A stretch of 64,000 nt of DNA from a virus: IMG/VR virus record IMGVR_UViG_3300046507_000282, positions 1 to 64,000 of that record. One strand, written 5' to 3'. Below, in pieces: positions 45,936 through 55,885 of the stretch. Both the position numbers and the translations under genes were made by a program. The notes below the pieces were generated by a model. That model searched no databases and was not told where the DNA came from. It saw only the letters and a program-made list of their open reading frames with translations. Numbering within the stretch: position 1 is the first letter of the stretch; every line of letters begins with the position of its first letter.

Positions 45936-46259
45936 TTAATGTGCAGATTCGGTGGTAGGATTCTCAGGTGCGGAGTCCTTCAGGTGCGCAAGTTTGAGGA
46001 CTTGAGACTGTGTCGGCTCCCAGCCTTTGTAACGCTCCGGATAGATCAGGTGCATTTCGGTCAGTTCGCTGCGGAACAGGGCGGAGATTTTTTCGGCGGC
46101 GAGCGGAGACGGGCGATTCAGGCCGTTCTCCAGCTTGGAAATCCAGCCGTTGTCCATGCCGACCATGGCACCGAGTTCTACTGTTGTGAGGCCGATGGCA
46201 CGGCGCAGCTTGCCGAGCGGCGTCTGAAACGAAAGGGGGTTTTCTGCTTTGCGCGCCAT
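45936..46259 (-). CDS. Cro-like XRE regulator
   Basis: HTH WISKLENG, LIYPERY; divergent from the repressor. Confidence 0.8.
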   Translation of the reverse strand: MARKAENPLSFQTPLGKLRRAIGLTTVELGAMVGMDNGWISKLENGLNRPSPLAAEKISALFRSELTEMHLIYPERYKGWEPTQSQVLKLAHLKDSAPENPTTESAH

Positions 46260-46452
46260 AAAATTCTCTGAAAATGGTTGTTGAGCCGCAATTATGCTGG
46301 GCAAGCAGATTTAAGGCAAGGCAGTACGGTCTGACCCCGTGAAATAGCGGAGAAATGAAACTTGTATCTGAGTTGCATCAAAGCAACAATTTAGCGACTG
46401 CTTATTGAAATCTAATTGAAAGTTTTACTGAATGTTACAGGGGAGTCTCTAA

Positions 46453-47181
46453 ATGAACCAGGAAATCGGCAGCATCATCAAACATCATCGCAAGCGGCTG
46501 GGCCTTACGCTGCTTGAGTTGCAGAAGAGGACGGGCATAAACAACGGCAATCTGTCGAAGATCGAGCGCGGGCAACAATCCCTTACAAATGACTCTATGA
46601 AGTCGATTGCGTCTGCCCTCGGAATGTCGTTGTCGGATCTTTTTTCTGCGCAACAAGCACAACCCGTAATTTTGGGACACAATAGCGCCGCGGCGAAGGT
46701 GCAACATCTGGTGCGGCTAGCCAGCGAGTTAGAAACATTTGACCAAATTTCTGAGGATGAAAACGTGGCAATCGGGATGGTTTCGCCTGTTGTGGACGCG
46801 GTTCGAGGTGGAATAAAAGTAGAGGTAGACGAGAAAAACGCCCATCTTTTTACGGGCAGCGAACTGAAGGAGATTACAAGCGCTCCGTCGCATGTTGGTG
46901 CATACGTGATCGGCGACGATTTGATGGAGCCGCGTCTGTACAAGGGCGATACCGTCCTGGTTGACCTGGCTGACACACAGATTCCTGCCGCTGGTGGCGT
47001 GTTCTGCGTGGTAATGGATGATGAGATCGGCGTGCGTCGTCTGCTGCCCTACCCGGGTCGCGGCATGCGCATAATTTGTGACAATTCGAAGTATCCGGAA
47101 GCGGTGCTCGACCAGCGTCAGGCGCTCGCTGTTCACATCGTCGGACGCCTCAAGATGGTCCGCAGCAAGCAGGGACTGTAA
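46453..47181 (+). CDS. CI-like repressor (XRE HTH + degenerate S24 domain)
   Basis: NLSKIERG HTH; GDDLMEP..GD.VLVD, VRRL, DN..YP, IVGR. Confidence 0.88.
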   Translation: MNQEIGSIIKHHRKRLGLTLLELQKRTGINNGNLSKIERGQQSLTNDSMKSIASALGMSLSDLFSAQQAQPVILGHNSAAAKVQHLVRLASELETFDQISEDENVAIGMVSPVVDAVRGGIKVEVDEKNAHLFTGSELKEITSAPSHVGAYVIGDDLMEPRLYKGDTVLVDLADTQIPAAGGVFCVVMDDEIGVRRLLPYPGRGMRIICDNSKYPEAVLDQRQALAVHIVGRLKMVRSKQGL

Positions 47182-47203
47182 AGCCCTCGCCGCAGTAGAA
47201 ATG

Positions 47204-47228
47204 AAGCCCGGTTCGCCGGGCTTTTTTA
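47204..47228 (+). terminator. Rho-independent terminator
   Basis: aagcccggttcgccgggctttttt. Confidence 0.8.
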
Positions 47229-47317
47229 ATGCCCTCTGCAGATTCTGCTTGATTCTTCTTTTTAGGCAGAATAGAATGGTTTCCATCGCAGCAACGAACC
47301 CCGATGGAGACCAAGCC

Positions 47318-47650
47318 ATGAACCGAAATCAAGAAATCGCTCAAACCATCCTCTCGCAAATCGGCGGCCAGCGTCGCCTGGTTTTGATGACCGGCGCAAA
47401 GCACTTCGTCGCCATCGAGTCTGGCCTGCAATTCAAGATCGGCGGTGGCGCGAAGGACGGCATCAACTGCGTGCGCATCACCCTGACGCCGATGGATGAA
47501 TACAAGGTCGAATTCATCCGGACGCGCGGCATGAAGGCCACGCCGGTAGCGACGCACGACGGCGCACACGCCGAAGACCTCGTAACCCTGTTCCAGAAAG
47601 AAACCGGCTTCACGCTCGCAATCCCGCGCATTCGCGGCATCAACGCCTAA
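47318..47650 (+). CDS. Early phage hypothetical protein
   Basis: IAQTILSQIGG...MTGAK...D.Y.VEF...F...TG. Confidence 0.75.
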   Translation: MNRNQEIAQTILSQIGGQRRLVLMTGAKHFVAIESGLQFKIGGGAKDGINCVRITLTPMDEYKVEFIRTRGMKATPVATHDGAHAEDLVTLFQKETGFTLAIPRIRGINA

Positions 47651-47691
47651 GACAACCGTGCCCGGTTCGCCGGGCTCACCAGGAGACCACC

Positions 47692-48018
47692 ATGAAAGCA
47701 GACCTCAAAGTTCTCACCGCAATCGTCGGCGCACTCAACGTCCTAATCCACATGCGCGACACGTCCCGCTACAACGAAGCGGGTAAGATTGGCCCGGATC
47801 GTACCGCACGCGACCTCTGCCGCTCGGCTCGCAGCATCGCGCAGGAGGCTATTGTCTCGGCTATGCAAATCGACAATGATGGCAGCGACAAGGCGCAGGA
47901 AATCCTCTCAAACGCACGTAAGCAGTGCATCGCCATAATCGCCGCACTGAAGGAAATGGATACCGATCCGTCGTTTCGGATTGCCGAAGTGTTTGACCTT
48001 ATCGACTACTGCGCGTGA
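47692..48018 (+). CDS. Hypothetical protein
   Basis: AGGAG RBS. Confidence 0.7.
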   Translation: MKADLKVLTAIVGALNVLIHMRDTSRYNEAGKIGPDRTARDLCRSARSIAQEAIVSAMQIDNDGSDKAQEILSNARKQCIAIIAALKEMDTDPSFRIAEVFDLIDYCA

Positions 48019-48028
48019 GGAAAGCGAT

Positions 48029-48253
48029 ATGAAAGTCCTGACCCAATCTGAAGCGCAGTCGCTCTACACTGCGATGACGCACCTGAATAATCTCGACGCA
48101 GAATTCACCTTCTCTGTGACGAACGCATTCGGCGACGTTACCGTGAAGTCCATTAGCAATGGCTGGGGCGTCGCTGTCCTGCTCGGCGATACGATCATCG
48201 CGCAGTATGACAACCAGGCTGAATTCGCAACCGACTACGGCGTGAGCATCTGA
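48029..48253 (+). CDS. Hypothetical protein
   Basis: GAGG RBS. Confidence 0.65.
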   Translation: MKVLTQSEAQSLYTAMTHLNNLDAEFTFSVTNAFGDVTVKSISNGWGVAVLLGDTIIAQYDNQAEFATDYGVSI

Positions 48254-48254
48254 C

Positions 48255-48623
48255 ATGATCGAAACGAACAACGAAGCGCCCGTGAGCCTGACAGAGGCAC
48301 TCAGCGCGCACCGCATCGGCCTGACCGCCGTCGCTGCGAACAAGGTATTGCACAGTGCGGGCATGACGGAACTGCGTTGGCGTGCGTCGTCCGTCGCCAC
48401 ACGCCCGCCGAAGTCGTACCGCGCAGCATCGCCGAAGGGCGAGCAATACGGCGCGATTAACGAGAAGAACTCAGTCCCCAGCGGCGACCCGATCTTGCTG
48501 AAGTATCTGCCGTCGCGCTTCGCTGCGCTGTGGAACCATCCTGACGTGCAGGAAACGCTGGCCGCGATGGTCAAGGAAGGCGAGGTTCGCTACCGCGCTA
48601 CGGATACCGCAGACGCTTTCTAG
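48255..48623 (+). CDS. Hypothetical protein, KilA-C-like
   Basis: SLTEAL...A..NKVL...G..KG..YG. Confidence 0.6.
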   Translation: MIETNNEAPVSLTEALSAHRIGLTAVAANKVLHSAGMTELRWRASSVATRPPKSYRAASPKGEQYGAINEKNSVPSGDPILLKYLPSRFAALWNHPDVQETLAAMVKEGEVRYRATDTADAF

Positions 48624-48688
48624 TCATCCGAGCCCGCCGAGAGCGGGCTTTTCTTCGCCTGAAAACCTTCTTCTGCCGCAGAAAATGC

Positions 48689-48722
48689 TTGCCGACAATC
48701 TGTGATCTGCGTATAGTACAGA
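48689..48722 (+). promoter_or_regulatory. Sigma70 promoter TTGCCG-17-TATAGT with overlapping operator variant
   Basis: Hexamers at 48689 and 48712; TCTGC-N7-ACAGA at 48706. Confidence 0.65.
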
Positions 48723-48770
48723 TTCTAGTTTGTCGGGGGCTGGCTCCCGGTACGAATAAAGGTTATTGGG

Positions 48771-49598
48771 ATGTCCGAAGCATTCAAACGTGTTATTGAA
48801 GTCCGCGCATCCTCATGGGGCGCGCTGTTCGACTGCAGCTACAAATGGCAGGGCGAACACCTTCTCGGAATGCGCCGCCCTTCTGGCATCCGAGCACTTC
48901 TCGGCACCGCAGTTCATGCGGGAACCGCCGCATTCGATCAGGCAAAGATGGACCGCAGGCCGATCACGGCCATGGAAGCGGCAGACTATCTGCTCGAAGC
49001 GCTTCACCAGCCTACCGACGATGTCGATTACAAGCAGGACACGTCAATCAACATGCGCCAGGCCGAACAGATCGGCCTCACGCTTCTGACTAAGTACTGC
49101 CACGAAATCAGCCCGCGCTACGAATTCCGCGCCATCGAAATGAAGATGGAGCCGATGGATATCGACTGCGGCGACGGCCTGATTATCCGCCTGAAGGGAA
49201 CCATGGACCGTTCGCGCGTCGCGGAGTCGAACGACGGCGACGGCGATGTTATTCCGGACGTGAAAACGGGCGCTCGCCTGTTCGATTCTGAAGGTGGCGT
49301 TCTGCTGAAGGCGCGCTCTGCGCAGCTTGGCGCGTACTCGCTCATGTACGAGAACCAGACCGACCGCCATACCGTCGGCGGCCAGATCATCGCACTCGAA
49401 ACCGCGTCTCAAGCACGCGTCGGCGTGAGTCCAATTTTCAATGTCAAGCAGCCCATGACGGGAACGCCTACTCAGAAGGGTTTGATCGAGTACGCCGCTG
49501 GCATGTTCAAGTCCGGGGACTTTCTCCCCAATCCGCAAAGCGCGCTCTGTAGCGAGAAGTTCTGTGCGCGTTACAACACCTGCATTTTCCACGACTAA
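48771..49598 (+). CDS. RecB/Cas4-like PD-(D/E)XK exonuclease
   Basis: GTAVH, GTMD, DVKTG, Q...Y, C-terminal Cys cluster. Confidence 0.85.
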   Translation: MSEAFKRVIEVRASSWGALFDCSYKWQGEHLLGMRRPSGIRALLGTAVHAGTAAFDQAKMDRRPITAMEAADYLLEALHQPTDDVDYKQDTSINMRQAEQIGLTLLTKYCHEISPRYEFRAIEMKMEPMDIDCGDGLIIRLKGTMDRSRVAESNDGDGDVIPDVKTGARLFDSEGGVLLKARSAQLGAYSLMYENQTDRHTVGGQIIALETASQARVGVSPIFNVKQPMTGTPTQKGLIEYAAGMFKSGDFLPNPQSALCSEKFCARYNTCIFHD

Positions 49599-49611
49599 GA
49601 GGACTCCTGAA

Positions 49612-50886
49612 GTGGCAACCGCAATTTCAGCACTGAAGCAGCCGGAACAACAGGCTGTAGCGAAGAAGCCGAAGACGATTTTCGATCTTCTCACTGAAGA
49701 CAAGGCCCGTCGCGCGATTGCATCCGTGGCCGGTCAGTACATGACGCCTGAGCGCTTCCTGCGCCTGGCTATCAACTGCCTCAAAAAGACTCCGAAGCTC
49801 ATGGAGTGCGACCCGCAAAGCGTTCTCGGCTCGTTCATGGCGAGCGCGGCGCTCGGGCTCGAACCGAACACGGTTCTGCAGCAGGCGTTTCTGATTCCCT
49901 ACGGCGTGCGCGGCAAGATTCCCGGCACAAATGACTGGGGCATCACGCACTATGACTGCCAGTTTCAGATCGGCTATCGCGGCTTTATCACGCTGGCGCA
50001 CCGCTCGCCGCACATTACCACCATCGAAGCCGAAGCCATCCACTCGGGCGACCACTTCAAGCACCGCAAGGGCTCCGTATCCTTCCTCGAATACGAGAAG
50101 GCGCTTATCAATCGCGGCGACCTGATCGGCTCGTACGCTTACTCGAAGCTCGAAGGCGGCGGCGAGGCGGCAACCATTCTCCCGCTGGACGAAATCCACA
50201 AAATCCGCTCGCGCTCGGAAACGTATCAGGCGCTGATTCGCGGCGCGGACAAGCAGGGCTTGAAGGACTGGGAGAAAAAGAAGGCCGAAGAGAAGCTGGC
50301 CGGTACGCCGTGGGTTATGTGGGAAGACGATATGTCGGCGAAGTCAGCAATCAAAAAGCACTCGAAGCAGTTGCCGATGAATCCGGGCGACCCCATGGCC
50401 GCCGCAGTGTCGCTCGATGCCGACCGCGAAGACGGCAAGACGATTGACATGGCCGATCTCACCGACGTGGAAAAGATGCGCGCGGTCATGGAAGACGGCG
50501 ACGCACCGCCCGAAATGGCTGGCGATGCACCGGCAGCACTGACGAACGAACAAGGCGGCGAAACGCTGGACTTCGGCAGCGCGCAGCAAGGTGAGAAGGT
50601 GGACGTGGGCCACTTCAATGCGCAGCAGCGCGAGCAGGCTAAGCAGCAAGCGACGGACGTGGATTCTACGCCGAAGGGCAACGCACCAGAAGGTAGCGGT
50701 CTGGCGCAACTGGAGGCGGCGATCAAGTCGGAAACGAACACCGACGAACTCGACCTTCTGGCCGACCAAATCCGCTCGCTGGCAGCCGCAGACCAGCCGC
50801 GCATGAACAAGCTGTACCGCACTCGCCGCGCCGAACTCGCGAACGCAGGCAAGCCCGCTCAACAAGACGCTTTTTCGATGGACTAA
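49612..50886 (+). CDS. recT: RecT-family single-strand annealing recombinase
   Basis: C.PQS..G..M.SA.LGLEP, LIPY, QFQIGYRG...LA.RS, PW...M..K. Confidence 0.92.
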   Translation: MATAISALKQPEQQAVAKKPKTIFDLLTEDKARRAIASVAGQYMTPERFLRLAINCLKKTPKLMECDPQSVLGSFMASAALGLEPNTVLQQAFLIPYGVRGKIPGTNDWGITHYDCQFQIGYRGFITLAHRSPHITTIEAEAIHSGDHFKHRKGSVSFLEYEKALINRGDLIGSYAYSKLEGGGEAATILPLDEIHKIRSRSETYQALIRGADKQGLKDWEKKKAEEKLAGTPWVMWEDDMSAKSAIKKHSKQLPMNPGDPMAAAVSLDADREDGKTIDMADLTDVEKMRAVMEDGDAPPEMAGDAPAALTNEQGGETLDFGSAQQGEKVDVGHFNAQQREQAKQQATDVDSTPKGNAPEGSGLAQLEAAIKSETNTDELDLLADQIRSLAAADQPRMNKLYRTRRAELANAGKPAQQDAFSMD

Positions 50887-50889
50887 CAA

Positions 50890-52692
50890 ATGCGCTTCAA
50901 CCATATCAAGATCAGCAATATCTTCGGCGCGCGCCATATCGACATGGAATTTACGACGCCGATCACCCTGTTTTGCGGCCCCAACGGGGCCTGCAAGTCC
51001 AGTATCCAAGAGGGCGTCCGGATGGCGTTCTCGGGCGACACGACGCGCGTCAATCTGAAGCGCGACTACCCGCTGATCGTCACCGAAGGCGCGAAGGCTG
51101 GCGGCGTGCGCGTGACGACTGACGAAGGATTCGCATCCATCGCCATGCCGAAGGGTCTGCATGCGCTCGGCGACGGGCTCGAAAAGGGATTACCTGACGC
51201 CCTGCCCTACGTCCTGAATGCGCAGCAGTTCGCCGGGATGAAAGAGGACGACCGCCGCACCTTCCTGTTCGGCCTGACGAATAGCCAGGTCACGGTTGAA
51301 TCGCTCAAGCGCATGCTGAAAGAGGCGGAGTGCGATGACGCCCGCGTGGCGCAAGTTCTCCCGCTGCTGAAGTCGATCATCGGGTTCCCTGCGGCAGAAA
51401 AGTTCGCAGCCGGGAAGGCGACCGAAGCAAAAGGCGCGTGGCAGCAAGTCACGGGCGAGAAGTACGGTTCGGTAAAGGGCGAATCGTGGGAAGCCGATAA
51501 GCCGACGTTCGACGTGGACGCGCTGGAGTACTGGCAAGAGGAAGTCACGCACCGCCGTGAAGACCTCAATAAGGCTTCTCAGGCGCTCGGCAGCCTCAAG
51601 ACGATGCACGCTCAGGCCGCGACCGAAGCGGGCCGCCGTGAGCTTCTTACGAACCGCGCAGGCCGCGTCGCGGAACTGACGGCCATCTTGAACAAGGAAA
51701 CGTCGTCGCTGGTTGATCTCGAAGAGAAGGTCAAGGAACTCGAAGCGATGGCTGGCGAGGCCCCGAAGGTCGGTATCGAGCACGACTTCGCCCGCGCCAT
51801 TGAATTTGCTCTCGATGCGCTCGGCGACGATCAGCGCGCAAGCGTCATGGCGACCGTCGAAAAGCTGAAGGTCCCGTTCAATGCATACGTGGCAAAGAAT
51901 GGCCTTCCGAGCAATAGCGGCGACGAGGCAGCGCGCGATGCGCTTCCGGAGGCACGCGCAAAGGTCACCGCGAAGAAAAACGCAGTACAGACCAACACCC
52001 GCGCGCTGAAGGAATGCGAGACCGCGGCGGCGCAACTGGCCGACATGGGCGAGATCGAGACCGTCACCGACGAAGCGCTCACCGAAGGCGCGGCGATCAT
52101 TGCCAAGCTGCAGGCGCACCTGGACGAAGCCAGCACGGAACTCGCCAAGATCGCGACGGTACGCGACGCCGCCGACGGCGCAGAGCAAAAGACGAAGGAT
52201 GCGAAGGCCGCGCACGTCGAAGCAACCGAGTGGACGAAGCTCGCGAAGGCGCTCGGTGCGGACGGCATCCCGGCGCAGATTCTGGCGAACGCGCTCAAGC
52301 CGATCAATACGGAACTTCGCAAGTCGTCGCTGGCGACTGGCTGGCGTCAGGCGGCCATCAACGCCGACATGTCGATCACCGCCGAGGGCCGCATCTATAG
52401 CCTGCTGTGCGAGTCTGAAAAGTGGCGCGTGGACGCAATGATTGCCGAGGCTATCAGCGGCATCAGCGGGCTCGGCGTGCTCATGCTTGACCGTGTGGAC
52501 GTGCTCGAACCGAAGGCCCGCCCGGAACTGATTCGCTGGCTCCATGGTCGCGCCACCGAAGGGGCGATCAACACCGCGATCCTCTGCGCGACCCTGAAGG
52601 AGCGCCCGAAGGGAATGCCCCCGACGATTCAGCCGGTATGGCTCGAAGAAGGCGAAGTCGTGGAAGCCGCAGAACTGGCGGCGGCAGCTTAA
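50890..52692 (+). CDS. SbcC/Rad50-like ABC ATPase
   Basis: GPNGACKSS Walker A, long coiled coil, LCESE signature, LMLD. Confidence 0.85.
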   Translation: MRFNHIKISNIFGARHIDMEFTTPITLFCGPNGACKSSIQEGVRMAFSGDTTRVNLKRDYPLIVTEGAKAGGVRVTTDEGFASIAMPKGLHALGDGLEKGLPDALPYVLNAQQFAGMKEDDRRTFLFGLTNSQVTVESLKRMLKEAECDDARVAQVLPLLKSIIGFPAAEKFAAGKATEAKGAWQQVTGEKYGSVKGESWEADKPTFDVDALEYWQEEVTHRREDLNKASQALGSLKTMHAQAATEAGRRELLTNRAGRVAELTAILNKETSSLVDLEEKVKELEAMAGEAPKVGIEHDFARAIEFALDALGDDQRASVMATVEKLKVPFNAYVAKNGLPSNSGDEAARDALPEARAKVTAKKNAVQTNTRALKECETAAAQLADMGEIETVTDEALTEGAAIIAKLQAHLDEASTELAKIATVRDAADGAEQKTKDAKAAHVEATEWTKLAKALGADGIPAQILANALKPINTELRKSSLATGWRQAAINADMSITAEGRIYSLLCESEKWRVDAMIAEAISGISGLGVLMLDRVDVLEPKARPELIRWLHGRATEGAINTAILCATLKERPKGMPPTIQPVWLEEGEVVEAAELAAAA

Positions 52693-52740
52693 AGAACCAT
52701 GTCGCCCGGCCACGCGCCGGGCACTCACCGGGGAAACGAT

Positions 52741-53004
52741 ATGGCGGGCAAAAAGAAGGCCGCACTGAGTCCAGAAGAACTCGCGGCCATCGCAGAGGAA
52801 AAACAGAAGATCGAAGATATGCGCGAACAGATTTTGTGCGCGTGCGCATCGGTTCCTGACTACATCAAAGACAAGGCGGGCGTCGTCGCGGTTCGCAACT
52901 GGAAGGCGGCGATGCTGCGCGCACGACGCGCGGCAGCAAGGGGAACACTTCCTTCCATGACGAAGGCTTTCAACGCACTGAATGCAGCATCAATTAAATC
53001 CTAA
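52741..53004 (+). CDS. Hypothetical protein
   Basis: GGGGA RBS. Confidence 0.6.
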   Translation: MAGKKKAALSPEELAAIAEEKQKIEDMREQILCACASVPDYIKDKAGVVAVRNWKAAMLRARRAAARGTLPSMTKAFNALNAASIKS

Positions 53005-53015
53005 GGATTATCACC

Positions 53016-53513
53016 GTGGCGAAAAGTAAGAACCTCTGCATTTTCATCGGGAACTTGGGGAAAGACCCGGAAGTGCGCTACATGCCGAGCGGCGACGCAC
53101 TGTGCAGCTTCAGCATCGCCTGCACGGAAACGTGGAAGGACAAGCAGAGCGGCGATATTAAAGAGGCGACCGAGTGGATTCGCGTTAGCGCATTCGGGCG
53201 TCTCGCCGAGGTCTGCGGCGAGTACCTGAAGCAGGGCTCGCGCGTGTACATCGAGGGCAAGTTCAAGACGCGCAAATATCAGGCGGCGGATGGCACCGAC
53301 CGCTACACGACCGAAATCAAGCTCGAAGAAATGATGATGCTCGATGGACGCCAGGCGGGAGAAGGTGGCGGCGAGCGCCCGGCGCGCAGCACGAACGCGG
53401 GCAACGGCAGCCAGCGGCAGCCGCAGGAACGCCAGGGCGCGAAGACGGGCAGCGCGGGCCGTGGTGGCGGATTGGGACCGGAAGATTACGACGACTCGGA
53501 CATTCCTTTCTAA
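53016..53513 (+). CDS. ssb: Single-stranded DNA-binding protein
   Basis: IGNLGKDPEVRY, TEW, C-terminal DDSDIPF. Confidence 0.96.
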   Translation: MAKSKNLCIFIGNLGKDPEVRYMPSGDALCSFSIACTETWKDKQSGDIKEATEWIRVSAFGRLAEVCGEYLKQGSRVYIEGKFKTRKYQAADGTDRYTTEIKLEEMMMLDGRQAGEGGGERPARSTNAGNGSQRQPQERQGAKTGSAGRGGGLGPEDYDDSDIPF

Positions 53514-53545
53514 TTTTTCGCCCTCTAATCTGCTTTAGAAGCATC

Positions 53546-53986
53546 ATGAAACTTTGCAAACTTTGCGACGAGCAGAAACCGCTCTCCGACTTCTATTCGC
53601 AGGTGGCTCGTTGCAAGGAATGCCACAAGGCAGCAATGGCAAAGCGGCGCGCAGAAAACCTTGACGCGATCAGAGCATACGACCGGGCGCGGGGGAGTCT
53701 CCCGCACCGGGTCGAAGCGCGCACCAAGTTCCAAAAAACGGACGCATACAAGCGCTCGCACAAGGACGCAACGGCGAAGTACGTAGCCAAGCATCCGAAG
53801 CGGCGCGCAGCACAAATCGCGGTCGGAAACGCGATCCGCGACGGGCGGCTCACTAAGAAGCCATGTCAGGTCTGCGGATGCGAGCGCACCGAGGCGCATC
53901 ACCCCGATTACGACGCACCGCTTGACGTTGTCTGGCTGTGCGTTCCGCACCACGTAGAAGTCCACCAACTTGTAGAGACACACTGA
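53546..53986 (+). CDS. HNH-type zinc endonuclease-like protein
   Basis: CKLC..KP..DFY, CQVCG..EAHHPDY..PL.V.WLC..HH. Confidence 0.8.
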   Translation: MKLCKLCDEQKPLSDFYSQVARCKECHKAAMAKRRAENLDAIRAYDRARGSLPHRVEARTKFQKTDAYKRSHKDATAKYVAKHPKRRAAQIAVGNAIRDGRLTKKPCQVCGCERTEAHHPDYDAPLDVVWLCVPHHVEVHQLVETH

Positions 53987-53987
53987 A

Positions 53988-54923
53988 ATGAACGAAGTAA
54001 AACTCCGCGACAGCACTATCACCTTCACGGACCCGGAGACCGGCGAGCAGCACACGCTTGATATCGCCGACGTACGCACCATGGTCGCAGGCATCGCAAA
54101 AGACGTTCCGGAACTCGGCGATATGCCGCCCGAATTGCGCCAACTGTTCGCCGACGGAAAGCACACCATCACGCTCGAAGCGCAGGACATGAATTTCAAC
54201 CCGGACGTGATCGAGGCGCTCGGGCTGAAGGATCAACTGGACGCGCAGCCGAAAACGCTGAAGCCAGACGTGCTTGAAGTCCAGGCCGCTCCCGCGCCGC
54301 GCGGAATGGTCTCGCCGAATCGCAAGCAGCGCCGCGCACAAGAGAAGCGCCGCCGCTCGAAGGTGTTTCAGAAGGCCGAAGCGAAGCGCCTGGAGCCGAT
54401 CCGCAAGAAAATGCAGGCGCAGATTGACGCTGAGCGCGCCGCGAAGGAGCAAGAGGCGCTGCAGGACGTGGTTTTCGCCGACCCGCGCCATATCGGCAAG
54501 ATCGTGAAGGTGTTCGAGCCTATCGAGAAGGCGCTGCATAACTTCGTGGATGGCGAAGTCGCCACCATGGACGACGGCACGACGCTCTTGTGGGCCACTG
54601 AAGACGGCTGCTGGTATCCCGCCGTCGCATGCCTGCGCAGCGTGCTCGAAACGTACGCGAAGCTCGGCGATACGTTCGGCTGGGCCAACCACAACGCCGG
54701 GCTCGCTCGCGTTGCGACCCTGCTGGAGAACGGCGAGCCGATCCACAAGGCGGACGTAGACGAAGCGCTGAAGACGGTCGAATGGATGAAGTACTGCACC
54801 CTGACGATCACGCCGCGCCAGTTCACGAAAGAGGCGGTCGAAATCCAGATCGCCAACGAACTGCGCGACGCCGGGCTCGCACCGGAGCCGACCGACGCGG
54901 ACCTCACGCGCGATGTCGTTTAA
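53988..54923 (+). CDS. Hypothetical protein
   Basis: Operon position, phage-like codon usage. Confidence 0.75.
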   Translation: MNEVKLRDSTITFTDPETGEQHTLDIADVRTMVAGIAKDVPELGDMPPELRQLFADGKHTITLEAQDMNFNPDVIEALGLKDQLDAQPKTLKPDVLEVQAAPAPRGMVSPNRKQRRAQEKRRRSKVFQKAEAKRLEPIRKKMQAQIDAERAAKEQEALQDVVFADPRHIGKIVKVFEPIEKALHNFVDGEVATMDDGTTLLWATEDGCWYPAVACLRSVLETYAKLGDTFGWANHNAGLARVATLLENGEPIHKADVDEALKTVEWMKYCTLTITPRQFTKEAVEIQIANELRDAGLAPEPTDADLTRDVV

Positions 54924-55368
54924 CTCGACGTTTAAGAGCCCCGGCAAGGGGCTCGCGCGCAGTAGCTTCAAGCGCAAGAGCCCCATGTCGAAGACGGCCA
55001 TCGCCAAAGCAGCCGGCGAGCCCGTGAAGGCGAAGCCGCGCGCCGCGCTGAAGGCGACACGCCCGAAGGCCACGCCGATCCGTCAGAGCGCTCGGCACGA
55101 GCACTGCACCCTGCGCCTGTTCGGCGTATGCCGCGAGGAAGAGGGGAACGTCGTGTGGGCTCACTCGAACCGCGGCGAGCACGGGAAAGGCGGCGGCCTG
55201 AAGGCCGAAGACCAGTACGGCGCGTATGCCTGTTTCTTCTGCCATGGCGTTTATGACAGGCAGATCAAGCGCCCGGCAGGTATGACGCTGGAATACGTCG
55301 AAGACCGCTTCACGGCGGGCATGAATGAATCGCGCGAGAAGCTCCGCGCCAAAGGATTGTTGCGATGA
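54913..55368 (+). CDS. DUF1364/YbcO-like nuclease domain protein
   Basis: SAR.E.C.LR..GVC....V.WAH, G.K..D..GAYAC..CH. Confidence 0.8.
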   Translation: MSFNSTFKSPGKGLARSSFKRKSPMSKTAIAKAAGEPVKAKPRAALKATRPKATPIRQSARHEHCTLRLFGVCREEEGNVVWAHSNRGEHGKGGGLKAEDQYGAYACFFCHGVYDRQIKRPAGMTLEYVEDRFTAGMNESREKLRAKGLLR

Positions 55369-55637
55369 ACACTGTCTTCCTTCTCATGGCCCAGTACAAC
55401 GGCCAGGCAATCGTGCCGGCAGAGCGCGTGTGCGAGGACTACTTCGCCCCACTGAAGCCGGTCAACTTCCTGCGCAAGATCGCCGCTGGCGAGATTCGCT
55501 TGCCGCTCGTTCGCATGGAAGAGTCACAGAAGGGCGCGAGGGGTGTCCACCTGAGCGACCTGGCCGCATATATCGACGCCAAGCGCGCGGCGGCGGTCAA
55601 GGAATGCGAGAAACTTTGCGGTGCAACAAACGGGTAA
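55365..55637 (+). CDS. PrtN-family DNA-binding protein, probable excisionase
   Basis: MNTVFLLMAQY, DYF, SQK.A.GVHL.DLA.YID; adjacent to attP/int. Confidence 0.85.
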   Translation: MNTVFLLMAQYNGQAIVPAERVCEDYFAPLKPVNFLRKIAAGEIRLPLVRMEESQKGARGVHLSDLAAYIDAKRAAAVKECEKLCGATNG

Positions 55638-55880
55638 CATCAAATTCACTGAGGCCGGAATTCCTTTGCGTACCGGGCGTTCCGGACAAGTGATCGTTCC
55701 CATCCATCATCGGGGCCACAGATACTCGTCTTGGCGTTGATTTCATTGAGAATCCAGATAATTCAAGGGTTTCAGCCCCACTCCATCGGTGCAACATTCA
55801 TGCGGGTTTACGTGAGTTTTTGCAGGTTTCAGAGGACTGGGGTAACATTGTTGCACCACTCCCCACTCCTGTTACACCGA
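55620..55880. other. attP with dusA 5' replacement fragment (55690-55746, minus strand) and arm-type repeats
   Basis: Minus strand reads MKSTPRRVSVAPMMD then diverges; repeats GGTGCAACA and GGGTAACAT flank it. Confidence 0.8.
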
Positions 55881-55885
55881 AAACC

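Noticed and set aside
51190-55073. Long minus-strand ORFs (51190..52728, 53853..55073)
   Set aside because: Antisense to well-supported plus-strand genes
55597-55797. Functional dusA gene or 66-aa protein
   Set aside because: Only about 15 codons match DusA; interpreted as the attP fragment
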